Part shown: positions 48,040 through 57,851 of the stretch, in pieces
How the letters are laid out: each line of letters opens with the position of its first letter
Position numbering within the stretch: the stretch's first letter is position 1
From: Candidatus Bathyarchaeia archaeon
Lineage (GTDB): Archaea; Thermoproteota; Bathyarchaeia; Bathyarchaeales; Bathycorpusculaceae
Direction of reading: 5' to 3'
NCBI GenBank assembly: GCA_038727135.1
Contig: JAVYWL010000001.1
Span: 96,001 to 160,000 of the forward strand
Length of the DNA: 64,000 nucleotides
Translations under genes and position numbers: made by a program
The notes under the pieces: generated by a model
Told to the model about the DNA's origin: nothing
The model's input: only the letters and a program-made list of their open reading frames with translations
Databases searched by the model: none

Positions 48040-48208
48040 ATTTCTTAACTAAAATTTTTCCAGTTTATTAGACTTTTATAATTTCTGGAAAAATCTTCTA
48101 TAAATGAAACTACCTCAGCGAAAAGTGCACTACTTAAAAACTATAGTTAGCTTCCACAGAAATCAATAAATCCGCAGAGCGTTCAGTTTAATAGAAAGGT
48201 GAAAATTA

Positions 48209-48880
48209 TTGGCTATATCAAAGGAGCAACTAGCAAAAATGATAGATTCTACTCTTGTGAAGGCTACAGCAACCAAAACAGAGGTTGAAAAATTATGCTC
48301 TGAAGCAGTCCAATACGAGTTTGGATGTGTTGTTGTAAACCCAACATACGTGAAGCTGGCAGCATCACTTCTCGAAGGCACAGGCATTAAAGTTTGCTCA
48401 ACAGTAGGTTTTCCGTTCGGCGTCACCTTACCAGAAGTTAAAGCCTTAGAAGCCATAAAAGCCATCGAAGACGGAGCATGCGAACTCGACATGGTCGTTA
48501 ATTTGGGCGCATTAAAATCAAGAGACTACGAACTTGTTAGACAGGATATAAGGGCCGTTGTCGACGTCAAACGCTTGTTCAAGGACATAATAGTTAAAGT
48601 GATTATTGAAACGCCGCTGTTAACTACCGAGGAAAAGATAGCCGCTTGCAAGTTAGTTAAGGAGGCTGGAGCAGACTTTGTTAAGACCTCGACTGGCTTG
48701 TTTGGTGGAGGAGCTACGGTTGAAGATGTTAGGCTCATGCGTCAAATTGTTGGGAAAGACATGGGCGTGAAGGCTGCGGGCGGCATCAGATCCTATGCTG
48801 ATGCACTAGCTATGATAGAGGCTGGAGCCAACCGCATAGGAACAAGCACAGCAAAAGCCATAATCCAAGAAGCACCCTAA
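48209..48880 (+). CDS. deoC: Deoxyribose-phosphate aldolase
   Basis: VGFPFG, ELDMV, KVIIET, FVKTSTG, KAAGGIR, RIGTS. Confidence 0.96.
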   Translation: MAISKEQLAKMIDSTLVKATATKTEVEKLCSEAVQYEFGCVVVNPTYVKLAASLLEGTGIKVCSTVGFPFGVTLPEVKALEAIKAIEDGACELDMVVNLGALKSRDYELVRQDIRAVVDVKRLFKDIIVKVIIETPLLTTEEKIAACKLVKEAGADFVKTSTGLFGGGATVEDVRLMRQIVGKDMGVKAAGGIRSYADALAMIEAGANRIGTSTAKAIIQEAP

Positions 48881-48884
48881 AAGG

Positions 48885-50831
48885 CTACATTCTTTCTGGC
48901 GCATGTATGCCAATAAGATTTAGGGCATTCCTTAAGACAATTCTGACAGCATCAACTAAGGCAAGCCTTGCATCGCTGAGTTCCGGCGGCTCAGCCCTAA
49001 TTACTGGAAAAGCGTTGTAAAAAGTGTTAAACTTGTCGGCTAAAGCGTTGGCGTAATCGGCTATCATATTAGGCTTGAGAAGGTCCGCTGCTTCGATGAA
49101 GACTTCTGGAAACTCAGCTAGGGTAAAGACAATCTCATTTTCAAGTTTCTCCCTTAATAAGCCATAGTCTGGTTTTTCCGGCTTTCTCGAAGCTTTACGC
49201 AGTATGCTGCAAGCCCTAGCATGAGTGTACTGAATGTATGGGGCGCTGTTCCGCTCAAAGTTTATCACGCGTTCCCAGCTGAACTCAACGGGCTTTGATG
49301 GGTCAACCTCCACCAGCGCATAGCGGACAGCACCTATTCCCACAAACTCTGCAACTTTACGCTTCTCCTCTTCTGGCAGCTGGGGCGAACGCTTAGCAAC
49401 TTCCTCATACGCCCTATTAACCGCTTCGTCCATAACCTCGTCCAATGTTATGTAACGTCCCCTACGACTAGACATTTTATATCCGGGCAAGGTCACGAGG
49501 TTGTAAGCAAAATGCGTCAAGTTTTCAGCCTGTTTATCATAGCCTAAAGCGTATAAGGCTATTTTCAGCTGCATCTGCGCCAGAGACTGCTCCATCCCAA
49601 TAACATTAATGCACTTTTCAGCTCTCTCAAACTTCCATAAGGTGTAAGCTATATCCCTAGTCGTATACAATGTTGTGCCATCAGCCCTCACCAGAGTCAA
49701 GGAGGGAACAACATAATCCCTTCTTAAGCCCAGCTTATCCCTGAGGTTAAGGTCTTCAACAACCTTGTCAGCCTCAAACTCCAAAACATCGCCCAAGAAA
49801 GAAACGTAAGGCGTCTGCTTCAACCTTTGGAGAACTTCTGCCACAAGCCCGCTCCAAACAAGGTCGCTTTCCCAATCCCAAGAATCATAAAAGACCCCGG
49901 CACGACTTAGCGTTTCCTTAAAACCTTCCAAGCAGAGTTGACTAACCTCCCTAATAAGCCGCCTAGCCTTCACATCCCCAGCCTCATAAGCCCTATTCAA
50001 CTCACCAACAATCTTTTCAGGGTCTTCATCTTCACCTATTTTCTGAAGCAGCTTTTCAAAAAGCTCAGGATATTTGCTCCTCAGCTCGAAGGCAACAGAC
50101 ATCCAGTCATCCAGTTCCCTATTAATCTTCATAATTTCGTCTTCGGCTGAAACAGCCTTAGCACGCTCAAGCTCCCTTTTAAGGCGGTTAATCTCCACAA
50201 GGCAGCTTGTTATGGTGTAAATCTTACCAATGAAATGGTCAGGCTTCTCTGGGGGCTTTGGTCTTCCAAGCTTCTCATAGCCGTAGGCGATTACGGCTGT
50301 CTGCCTCCCAACATCATCCACATAATAATGACGTGCAACCACATGCCCCCTAGCCGAAAGCAAACGGGCAATGGCGTCGCCGAGCATTGGATTTCTTGCT
50401 TGCCCAATATGTATTGGGTGAAGCGGATTAACACTTGTATGCTCAACAATAACTTTCGAGGGTTTCTCAACTTTCACAAACCCATAAGCTTCATTTAAAC
50501 GTCTAACAGACTCTATAGTTAGTTCAGAAAATTTCGCAAAATTTACATGAAAATTTATGTAGCCCCCACCAGCTGCGGTAACGTTGCCTACCAATGAAAA
50601 CTTTGACTTGTCCATGGCGCTTATGAGGCATTCAGCGAGAACCAGCGGCTTTTCGCCGGTCTGTTTAGCAAGTTCGAAACAAACGGATGAAGCCAGCTGC
50701 CCAAACTCCCAAACTGGAGGCTTCTCAAAAACCAATTTAGGCGGCATTTCAAGTGAAAGCTTTTGGATAGCACCGCATAACGCGGATTCGCATTCCCTCT
50801 TTAACTCTGCAAGGGGGTTCTCTGAAACCAT
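48885..50831 (-). CDS. argS: Arginyl-tRNA synthetase
   Basis: EHTSVNPLHPIHIGQARN, KMSSRRG, PYIQYTHAR. Confidence 0.96.
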   Translation of the reverse strand: MVSENPLAELKRECESALCGAIQKLSLEMPPKLVFEKPPVWEFGQLASSVCFELAKQTGEKPLVLAECLISAMDKSKFSLVGNVTAAGGGYINFHVNFAKFSELTIESVRRLNEAYGFVKVEKPSKVIVEHTSVNPLHPIHIGQARNPMLGDAIARLLSARGHVVARHYYVDDVGRQTAVIAYGYEKLGRPKPPEKPDHFIGKIYTITSCLVEINRLKRELERAKAVSAEDEIMKINRELDDWMSVAFELRSKYPELFEKLLQKIGEDEDPEKIVGELNRAYEAGDVKARRLIREVSQLCLEGFKETLSRAGVFYDSWDWESDLVWSGLVAEVLQRLKQTPYVSFLGDVLEFEADKVVEDLNLRDKLGLRRDYVVPSLTLVRADGTTLYTTRDIAYTLWKFERAEKCINVIGMEQSLAQMQLKIALYALGYDKQAENLTHFAYNLVTLPGYKMSSRRGRYITLDEVMDEAVNRAYEEVAKRSPQLPEEEKRKVAEFVGIGAVRYALVEVDPSKPVEFSWERVINFERNSAPYIQYTHARACSILRKASRKPEKPDYGLLREKLENEIVFTLAEFPEVFIEAADLLKPNMIADYANALADKFNTFYNAFPVIRAEPPELSDARLALVDAVRIVLRNALNLIGIHAPERM

Positions 50832-50923
50832 GAAATTTTCGCCTTTCACCTTTAACAGTAAATGTGAACACTAATATATGAAACTAGCCAATTTAAGCTA
50901 AAAGCGTAAAACGGCTGGTACAA

Positions 50924-51763
50924 ATGAGAACAAAGATAATTTTTTCGGAAAAGTGTTTGGAGTATGGATCGTGGCACATTGAAAGCCCCCAAAGGGTTAG
51001 AAAAGCCTACGAAATCCTAAAAGAACGGGGCTACGAGTTTGTTACGCCAGAACCAGCCAAGGAAGAAGACCTACTAAAAGTCCACGACCCAGACTACATT
51101 GAACTGCTCAAAAGAGGAGCCATAGAAGACCCAGACACACCAGCCTACGAGAACATATATGAATACGCGAGGCTTTCAGCTGGAGCAGCAATCCTAGCAG
51201 CAAAAATTCAAGGGTTCTCACTTATGAGGCCGCCGGGGCATCACGCCGGCAAGTACGGCGTTGCATTAGGCGCTTATACAAAGGGCTTCTGCTACATAAA
51301 CAACATCGCTGTAGCCGTAAAGCATCTAGATAAACCGACATTAATCTTGGATATTGACGGGCACCATGGAAACGGAACACAAGAAATCTTCCAAGGAGAC
51401 CCAAAAGTTGTTTACGTTTCACTGCATAGGCATCCCCACTATCCAGGCACGGGCTATTATTCGGAGGCTAATTGCTTAAACTATCCACTGCCAGCAGACT
51501 GCGGCGAGGAAGCCTACTTAAAAACCCTCCAAGAAGCTTTAAAAAAGGTTGACATGCAAAGAGTCGAAGTGATAGCTGTTTCAGCAGGTTTTGACGCTTA
51601 CTCTGGAGACTTGGCTTCTCTTGGATTAACTGAAAGAACCTATTATAAGATTGGGAAAACGCTTGCAGCTTTGCAGAAGCCCACATTCTTTATCCTGGAA
51701 GGCGGATACAAGGGCGAAAATGTCGGAAAAGCCATTGACGCACTTCTAAGAGGCTTCGGATAA
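50924..51763 (+). CDS. Histone deacetylase-family amidohydrolase
   Basis: RPPGHHA, GFC, DIDGHHGNGT, SAGFD, LEGGY. Confidence 0.93.
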   Translation: MRTKIIFSEKCLEYGSWHIESPQRVRKAYEILKERGYEFVTPEPAKEEDLLKVHDPDYIELLKRGAIEDPDTPAYENIYEYARLSAGAAILAAKIQGFSLMRPPGHHAGKYGVALGAYTKGFCYINNIAVAVKHLDKPTLILDIDGHHGNGTQEIFQGDPKVVYVSLHRHPHYPGTGYYSEANCLNYPLPADCGEEAYLKTLQEALKKVDMQRVEVIAVSAGFDAYSGDLASLGLTERTYYKIGKTLAALQKPTFFILEGGYKGENVGKAIDALLRGFG

Positions 51764-51813
51764 GGACAAATTTAATCCTAAAGCTTATGAACCCTTAGGG
51801 CTCATTTAGGGTT

Positions 51814-52371
51814 ATGAAACAAGTAAACAAAGTGGCTGGCGCCCTAATATTTGTTGGAGCAACCCAATTCATCTTATGTATGCTGATCGCTGAATGCCTT
51901 TACTCTGGCTATAGTATCTCTGGAAATTACATAAGCGACCTTGGAAAACTTGGTGTAGTCTCCGCACCCATTTTCAATGCTTCAGTTTTTGTGCTTGGCT
52001 TAACCGTTGTGGCTGGCGCCTACTTTCTGAAGAAAACAATTGCCAATAAGGTCTTTCTATGCCTTCTAATTTTATGTGGAGTTGGCGCCATGGGTGTTGG
52101 AGTATTCCCAGAAGACTTCGGCCCAATACACCTCACACTCTCGTTAATAGCATTTCTTTTCGGAGCCTTATCAGCAATAGCCTCCTACAAGTTCCAAAAA
52201 GCTCCATTATCCCACTTCGCCGTTGTTTTGGGCGTAATCTCGCTGGTGGCGCTCATACTCTTTGGACTGAAAATTGACCTTGGCTTGGGTGTTGGCGGAA
52301 TGGAGCGCATGATAGCCTATCCAATTCTTTTATGGGCAATAGGGTTCGGCGGATACCTAATAAAAGAATAA
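51814..52371 (+). CDS. DUF998 membrane protein
   Basis: YSISGNYISDLG, GVGVFP, GGMER. Confidence 0.8.
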   Translation: MKQVNKVAGALIFVGATQFILCMLIAECLYSGYSISGNYISDLGKLGVVSAPIFNASVFVLGLTVVAGAYFLKKTIANKVFLCLLILCGVGAMGVGVFPEDFGPIHLTLSLIAFLFGALSAIASYKFQKAPLSHFAVVLGVISLVALILFGLKIDLGLGVGGMERMIAYPILLWAIGFGGYLIKE

Positions 52372-52397
52372 GAGCACAACAGTTTGATATGGACGCT

Positions 52398-53690
52398 TTA
52401 AATGTTACATTGTGCCAAGTCAACACTGTATAGGCACTCGTTGCATGTGGGCGTATTTGCGTAACAGTCAACTTCACTGGTTTTTGTATAAAAGCATCCT
52501 AAAGCCGAGTAGGGGCAGTCTCCACACCAAGGCATGTTTTTAGCCATTTCCCGCCTAACTTCTCTAAATTTGACGTAGGCGTCTCGCTGCCAAACTTCTT
52601 CAACCTTTTCTTTTACTGCATCCCCGAAGATTACTTCATGGGCATCTTTCTTGTGGGCGTTAACATAGTAAGGGTGGGTATACATGAAATCTTGGCATGG
52701 TGAAACTTTTCCATCGCTTCTTATGACTAAAGTTCTCTTTTCAATGTAGGGGCATGTTCTTTTCTTGGCGTCTGGGTATAGATTTGGCAGCCTCAAATCA
52801 ATTTGGTATTCGTGTGCAATTTTCTCGCTTTTTTGTAAAACTTTCTCAAGATGACTCAACATGTCAAGCTTTTCTGTAGAGCTTAAAAGTAAGGGTAGAT
52901 TAATCCAGTAGCCCTTCTTTTCAGCTTTGGCCCAAAAGCTTCTGATAAGCTGGGTTGAGGCGGTTTCCATTTCCACACCGTAAGCTTTGCCGAAAAGCTC
53001 TAAGGTAGATTCGCGTATAAGGTTCCACCCGTGTTTCAGTGATGGTTTCAGTATTTCAATTGTTGGCTTGCTTAGGGTTAGATAAATAGTTTCAGTGAAA
53101 ATCTCTTTTGTGTAAGGCAAAACATGAGATGCTATCATATAGTTAACATTGTTCAAAGCTGCAAACTTGACTAGTTCTGGAATGTCTAGGAAATTATCCT
53201 TCATTATGACTGTTTCTAAGCCTAGCTTAAAATCCCTTTTAGCCTTGTCCTTTTCCCTTGCTAGTTCTATAATGTTATTGGCCATTAATTTGAAGTTGGA
53301 ACCTTCTCTTATGCGGCTTAGTTTGGCTTGGCTGATGGTGTCTATGGAAAAAGATATGGAGTCAACACCTATTTCCTTTACAATTTTGCTTGCAGTTTTT
53401 GTAGTTATTAGCGAGCCGTTTGTGCTTATAATGATTTCTCCATTTTCCGGGAGGTTTCTTCTGGCTATGCGGAGCATTTCAAGAATTTGTGGATGAATAA
53501 AAGGTTCTCCGAAGCCATAAAGCATAAGCCTCCTCAATCTTGAAAAGCATGCCCTAGCGATTTTTCTGTATAAGGTCATGTCCATGTTCAATGGCTTTGC
53601 GTTCCAAATACGTCTAACACACATTTTGCAGTTAAAGTTGCACTTGTTTGTAACTTCTATCTGCAGAGCTTCTGGGAATTCATCATCCAT
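52398..53690 (-). CDS. Radical SAM/SPASM protein, tungsten-oxidoreductase maturase-like
   Basis: CNFNCKMC, GFGEP, Cys-rich SPASM tail; follows AOR and MoaD. Confidence 0.85.
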   Translation of the reverse strand: MDDEFPEALQIEVTNKCNFNCKMCVRRIWNAKPLNMDMTLYRKIARACFSRLRRLMLYGFGEPFIHPQILEMLRIARRNLPENGEIIISTNGSLITTKTASKIVKEIGVDSISFSIDTISQAKLSRIREGSNFKLMANNIIELAREKDKAKRDFKLGLETVIMKDNFLDIPELVKFAALNNVNYMIASHVLPYTKEIFTETIYLTLSKPTIEILKPSLKHGWNLIRESTLELFGKAYGVEMETASTQLIRSFWAKAEKKGYWINLPLLLSSTEKLDMLSHLEKVLQKSEKIAHEYQIDLRLPNLYPDAKKRTCPYIEKRTLVIRSDGKVSPCQDFMYTHPYYVNAHKKDAHEVIFGDAVKEKVEEVWQRDAYVKFREVRREMAKNMPWCGDCPYSALGCFYTKTSEVDCYANTPTCNECLYSVDLAQCNI

Positions 53691-53708
53691 GAGGATGCTT
53701 TCCTATGT

Positions 53709-53996
53709 TTAGCCTCCGGCTAGAGGGGGGAATATGGCTATTACATCATTGTCTTTTAGGGTTATCTCTCCCTTCAAGTCTTTAATGTTTCGTCCATTCA
53801 CCATAATTATCATGTCGTCCCTGATTTTTCCCCTATTTCTGTCATAAACATCGTCAATGAATTCTGGCCCCAGTATTTTGGATGAGTTCTCAATCATGCT
53901 TAAGAGTGTTCCATCACATGCAACAGCGAGCTCTCTAGTCTTATATTTGCTTCGCAAAGTTGCGAAAAGCAAAATTTTTACAGATATCATGGCCAA
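53709..53996 (-). CDS. MoaD family sulfur carrier
   Basis: FATLR, MVNGRNI, IFPPLAGG. Confidence 0.92.
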   Translation of the reverse strand: MAMISVKILLFATLRSKYKTRELAVACDGTLLSMIENSSKILGPEFIDDVYDRNRGKIRDDMIIMVNGRNIKDLKGEITLKDNDVIAIFPPLAGG

Positions 53997-54041
53997 GGTG
54001 CTTCCAACAAATGAAAAGAAGAAAAAGGGATTTTTACTTTT

Positions 54042-55889
54042 CTAAAGCTCTATTTCAAGCTCAGCCAACTTCTCCTTTGTTGGAACGCCATTAACCCAGC
54101 CGCGCAGCTTGTAATATTCTTCCTTCATTTTCTCCAGCTCGGTTATTTGGCCTTTTGCTGGGCCTTCCGGCATGGGCTCTTCCAATAGGCGTTTTGGCAA
54201 AGTGTCATCTTTTCCGTCGAATCCATACTTGTTGATTATGACTCTTTCTAGGTTGTAGATGCGCTCTCCAATTTTTAGGATTTCATCCTCCGTCAGCTCC
54301 CATCCAGTGACTGCTGACAAAAGCTCAGCGTAGTCCTTCGTTCCTAAAGCGAAGGTTGTGAACAAACAGTTCACAGCCGAATTAACCACACATGTGAAGT
54401 CTTGGAATATTTTAACCCATTTCGCCTTTTCTTCAGTCTTCAACGGGTCTATTTTTTCTGGTATTCCTAAAACTTCTGGAGAGACCGTGTACCCGGTTAC
54501 ATGGCAGCCTCCTCTATTCGCTGTGGCATAGTTTAGCCCTATGCCTTTTATGGCTCTCGAGTCGTAGGCTGGCATTTCCAAGCCTTTAACGCTCATGGAA
54601 AGCTCCGGATGCCCATAAATCTCGCAGAGCTTCTTTGAACCCAGGGCCAAGTATTTTCCAAATCCAGCTTTGTAGGCTGTTCGCCAAACCGCCTCCACAA
54701 GGGCCGCGGCATTTCCAAAACGTAAGTCCAGGCCTTGCAGGTCTTCTTGCGGAATGTACCCCCTTTCATTAAGTTCCATGGCCGCTGCTATTGTTGAGCC
54801 CATGCTTATTGGGTCCAGTCCAAACTCGTCACAATAGTGGTTTGCCTTAACAACAGCATCTAAATCTTTAACTCCTGTGCTGCTTCCCAAAGCCCAAACA
54901 GACTCGTATTCAGGGCCTTCTGAGGCCAAAATTTGGAACGGCCCAGACTTGACGCTTGTAACTCTTCCACAGCCAATTGGGCAGCCCCAGCACGACCTCC
55001 GACTGGTCAGATATTTTTCTGCAAGAGTTTCACCACTTATCTTCTCCGCGTCTGGGTTCACACCTGTCTGCCAGTTCTTGTATGGCAGTCCGCCAGCAGT
55101 GTTAATTATGTTTATGAGTATGGCTGTGCCGTATGTTGGCAGTCCAACACCGGTGACAGCGTTTGTTTTAAGAGCATCTAAGCATCTTTTTGAAACTTCT
55201 GAGAATTCTTTTGGCTTAGCAACCGGAACCTTTTCTTCTCCAGAAACAACAATGGCCTTAAGCTTCTTCGAACCCATAACAGCCCCAACGCCTGTTCTCC
55301 CCGCAGCCCTGTGTTCATCATTAACTATGCAAGCCATATACGCCAAATTCTCACCAGCAGGCCCGATACAAGCAACGCTTGTGTTTTTGCCACCAACCTT
55401 ATCCCTCAATATTCTACAAGTGTCAAACACGTTTTTACCCCAGAGGTTACTCGCATCTCTTAATTCGGCCTCCCCATTCACAACAGCCAAGTATATGGGA
55501 GACTCAGAGACTCCCTCAACTACAATGGCGTCAAAGCCGGAAAACTTTAGGAAGGGGCCAAACTCCCCACCTGAATTTGCACTTCCAACAGAGCCTGTCA
55601 ACGGCGACTTCAGCGCCATCACATGATATCTGCCAGAAGACGGAAAGCCCGGCACGCCGGTTCCGGGTCCTGTTGCAAATATTAGAACATTTTCTGGACC
55701 TAAGGCGTCAATATCTTTTGGTGAAATTCCGGCCTTTTCATATTCTTTCAAATACTTGTAGAGGAGGTATACGGCGTAACCTTTACCCCCTAGATATTTC
55801 CTTGCAACTTCTTCTGAAGTCGGCTCAACCTTCAAGCTTTTAGTGGTCAAGTTTACTCTGAGAATTTTCCCCATATAACCCCTAGGCAT
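54042..55889 (-). CDS. aor: Tungsten-containing aldehyde:ferredoxin oxidoreductase
   Basis: KSPLTG, GPAGEN, AAGRTGVGAVMGSKKLKAI, CWGCPIGC, GPEYES, RGGCH, DDTLPKR. Confidence 0.95.
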   Translation of the reverse strand: MPRGYMGKILRVNLTTKSLKVEPTSEEVARKYLGGKGYAVYLLYKYLKEYEKAGISPKDIDALGPENVLIFATGPGTGVPGFPSSGRYHVMALKSPLTGSVGSANSGGEFGPFLKFSGFDAIVVEGVSESPIYLAVVNGEAELRDASNLWGKNVFDTCRILRDKVGGKNTSVACIGPAGENLAYMACIVNDEHRAAGRTGVGAVMGSKKLKAIVVSGEEKVPVAKPKEFSEVSKRCLDALKTNAVTGVGLPTYGTAILINIINTAGGLPYKNWQTGVNPDAEKISGETLAEKYLTSRRSCWGCPIGCGRVTSVKSGPFQILASEGPEYESVWALGSSTGVKDLDAVVKANHYCDEFGLDPISMGSTIAAAMELNERGYIPQEDLQGLDLRFGNAAALVEAVWRTAYKAGFGKYLALGSKKLCEIYGHPELSMSVKGLEMPAYDSRAIKGIGLNYATANRGGCHVTGYTVSPEVLGIPEKIDPLKTEEKAKWVKIFQDFTCVVNSAVNCLFTTFALGTKDYAELLSAVTGWELTEDEILKIGERIYNLERVIINKYGFDGKDDTLPKRLLEEPMPEGPAKGQITELEKMKEEYYKLRGWVNGVPTKEKLAELEIEL

Positions 55890-56023
55890 AGAATCACCGC
55901 TGTAAAATTTCTGCGGCAAAGCAGATTTAATACTTGCCCTCTTTAAGGCTTTTGACTTTCAGAAAATCTTAATGGTAAAATCGATAAGACCTAAAGCCAC
56001 CATATTTTAGTGTGGAGATTTGT

Positions 56024-57790
56024 ATGGCCCGCATAACTGGCGGCGAAGTTTTAAAACGCTGCCTAATTCAGGAAGGCGTCCGCTATGTTTTCGGAGTTCC
56101 CGGAGACCAGCTATGCCCACTATTGGATGCCATTTACAAGGATAAGCGCATAGAATTCATAACAATGCGCCACGAGGCCGCTGCGGCCCACGCCGCTGAC
56201 GCTTGGGCTAGAACGACTGGGCAGCCTGGAGTCTGTATAGGAACGGTTGGTCCCGGAGCTGCAAACCTTATTGGAGGTGTTTATCCGGCTTTTGCTGACA
56301 GCATACCGATAGTTGTTATTACGGCTCAAAATCAGTCTTGGCGTTCATATCCAGACCAAGGTTCCCAACAAGCTCTTGATCAATTAACGCTCTTTAAAGC
56401 GGTTACGAAATGGAATGCTGTGGTTTCCCATTGGAAACGCATCTCAGAGCTCACCCATTGGGCTTTTAGGGCGGCAATGTCCGGAAAACCAGGCCCAGTG
56501 CATCTAGATTTTCCCTCTGATGTTCTATTCCAAACTGGAGAGGAGGCGGAAGTGGAAATTTTGCCTCCAAAGAGTTATAGGGCCATGAAAAAGCCTGTCG
56601 GAGAGTTATTCCTCATAGACAAAGCTGCAAGAATACTTGCAGAAGCGAAAACACCTCTAATACATGCCGGCGGCGGTGTTCTAAGGTCTGGAGCATCAAA
56701 AGAGCTTATGGAATTGGCTGAATACTTACAAGCCCCTGTTACTACATCAATGAGTGGAAGAGGAGCAATACCTGAAGACCATCCCCTATGCCTTATTCCA
56801 GCGGCGCCGGGCAATGGGGCTATTGTGGCTCAGGCTGAGGCTGACGTTGTTCTTCTCGTTGGTTGCAGACTTGGAGCCTTGGATATGTGGGGGAAACCGC
56901 CGGCGTGGGGTGAACCACCCAAGCAGAAAATCATTCAGATAGACATTTCAGGCGACATGATAGGCTTAAACAGACCTGTTGATTTAGGAATTGTGGGTGA
57001 TGCGAAAGCAACACTTAAGGCTTTGTTGGAAGCCGTTAAAAAGTATACGCCTCCTAGGAAAGAGAATCCCTTCCTTCAGGATTATAAGCGTCTAGAAAGG
57101 ATGTGGCTTGAAAATTTTGAGGAAATGTCACGATTAGACACCGTGCCAATTCATCCGCTACGCGTGGTGAGGGAGGTCAGGGAGTTCTTCCCGAGAGACG
57201 CTATAACAATTGTTGATGGAGGAAACACAGCCGTTTGGTGCTTCTACCTAAACAGGGTTTATGAACCAAACACCTACATTAGCTGTGTTAGTGGTGATTC
57301 TGGACACTTGGGCGCTGGAATCCCATACGCCATTGCGGCAAAACTTGCCCATCCGGAAAGGCATGTTTACTGCATAACCGGTGATGGAGCCTTCGGCTTA
57401 AACATTCAAGAGCTTGAAACTGCAAGCCGCCTCCAACTGCCAATAGTGTTCGTGGTTTTGAACGACTGCGCTTGGGGAATGATAAGGGCTGGACAAACGC
57501 TGTTCTATTCGAGAAGACATATCGGGGTTGATTTCTCAGACATAAGGTATGACGAAGTGGCGAGGGGCATGAACTGCTACGGCGAGAGGATTGTCGAGCC
57601 ATCCCAAATAAAACCTGCCCTGCAAAGGGCTGTGAACTCCGGAAAACCAGCTGTCCTAGACGTCAGAATCGATAGAGAGGTTATACCCCCAGACTTCGCT
57701 GTTCTTGCGTCAATATGGCTTGAAGGTTGTGAACTACCGGAAGAGGAGAGGGAAGCAGTCAAAGAAGCAGCGAAAATCGTGCAACTCTAG
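56024..57790 (+). CDS. Thiamine-diphosphate enzyme (acetolactate synthase/2-hydroxyacyl-CoA lyase/benzaldehyde lyase superfamily)
   Basis: RHEAAA, GPG, GPVHLD, GDGAFG...LND motif. Confidence 0.88.
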   Translation: MARITGGEVLKRCLIQEGVRYVFGVPGDQLCPLLDAIYKDKRIEFITMRHEAAAAHAADAWARTTGQPGVCIGTVGPGAANLIGGVYPAFADSIPIVVITAQNQSWRSYPDQGSQQALDQLTLFKAVTKWNAVVSHWKRISELTHWAFRAAMSGKPGPVHLDFPSDVLFQTGEEAEVEILPPKSYRAMKKPVGELFLIDKAARILAEAKTPLIHAGGGVLRSGASKELMELAEYLQAPVTTSMSGRGAIPEDHPLCLIPAAPGNGAIVAQAEADVVLLVGCRLGALDMWGKPPAWGEPPKQKIIQIDISGDMIGLNRPVDLGIVGDAKATLKALLEAVKKYTPPRKENPFLQDYKRLERMWLENFEEMSRLDTVPIHPLRVVREVREFFPRDAITIVDGGNTAVWCFYLNRVYEPNTYISCVSGDSGHLGAGIPYAIAAKLAHPERHVYCITGDGAFGLNIQELETASRLQLPIVFVVLNDCAWGMIRAGQTLFYSRRHIGVDFSDIRYDEVARGMNCYGERIVEPSQIKPALQRAVNSGKPAVLDVRIDREVIPPDFAVLASIWLEGCELPEEEREAVKEAAKIVQL

Positions 57791-57851
57791 CCATTACAAA
57801 GCCTCCCCATTTTTCACATCAGACATAGAAAAGGGGATGATGAGCATTAAA

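Noticed and set aside
54877-55843. Long plus-strand ORFs inside aor
   Set aside because: Antisense shadows with no recognisable motifs
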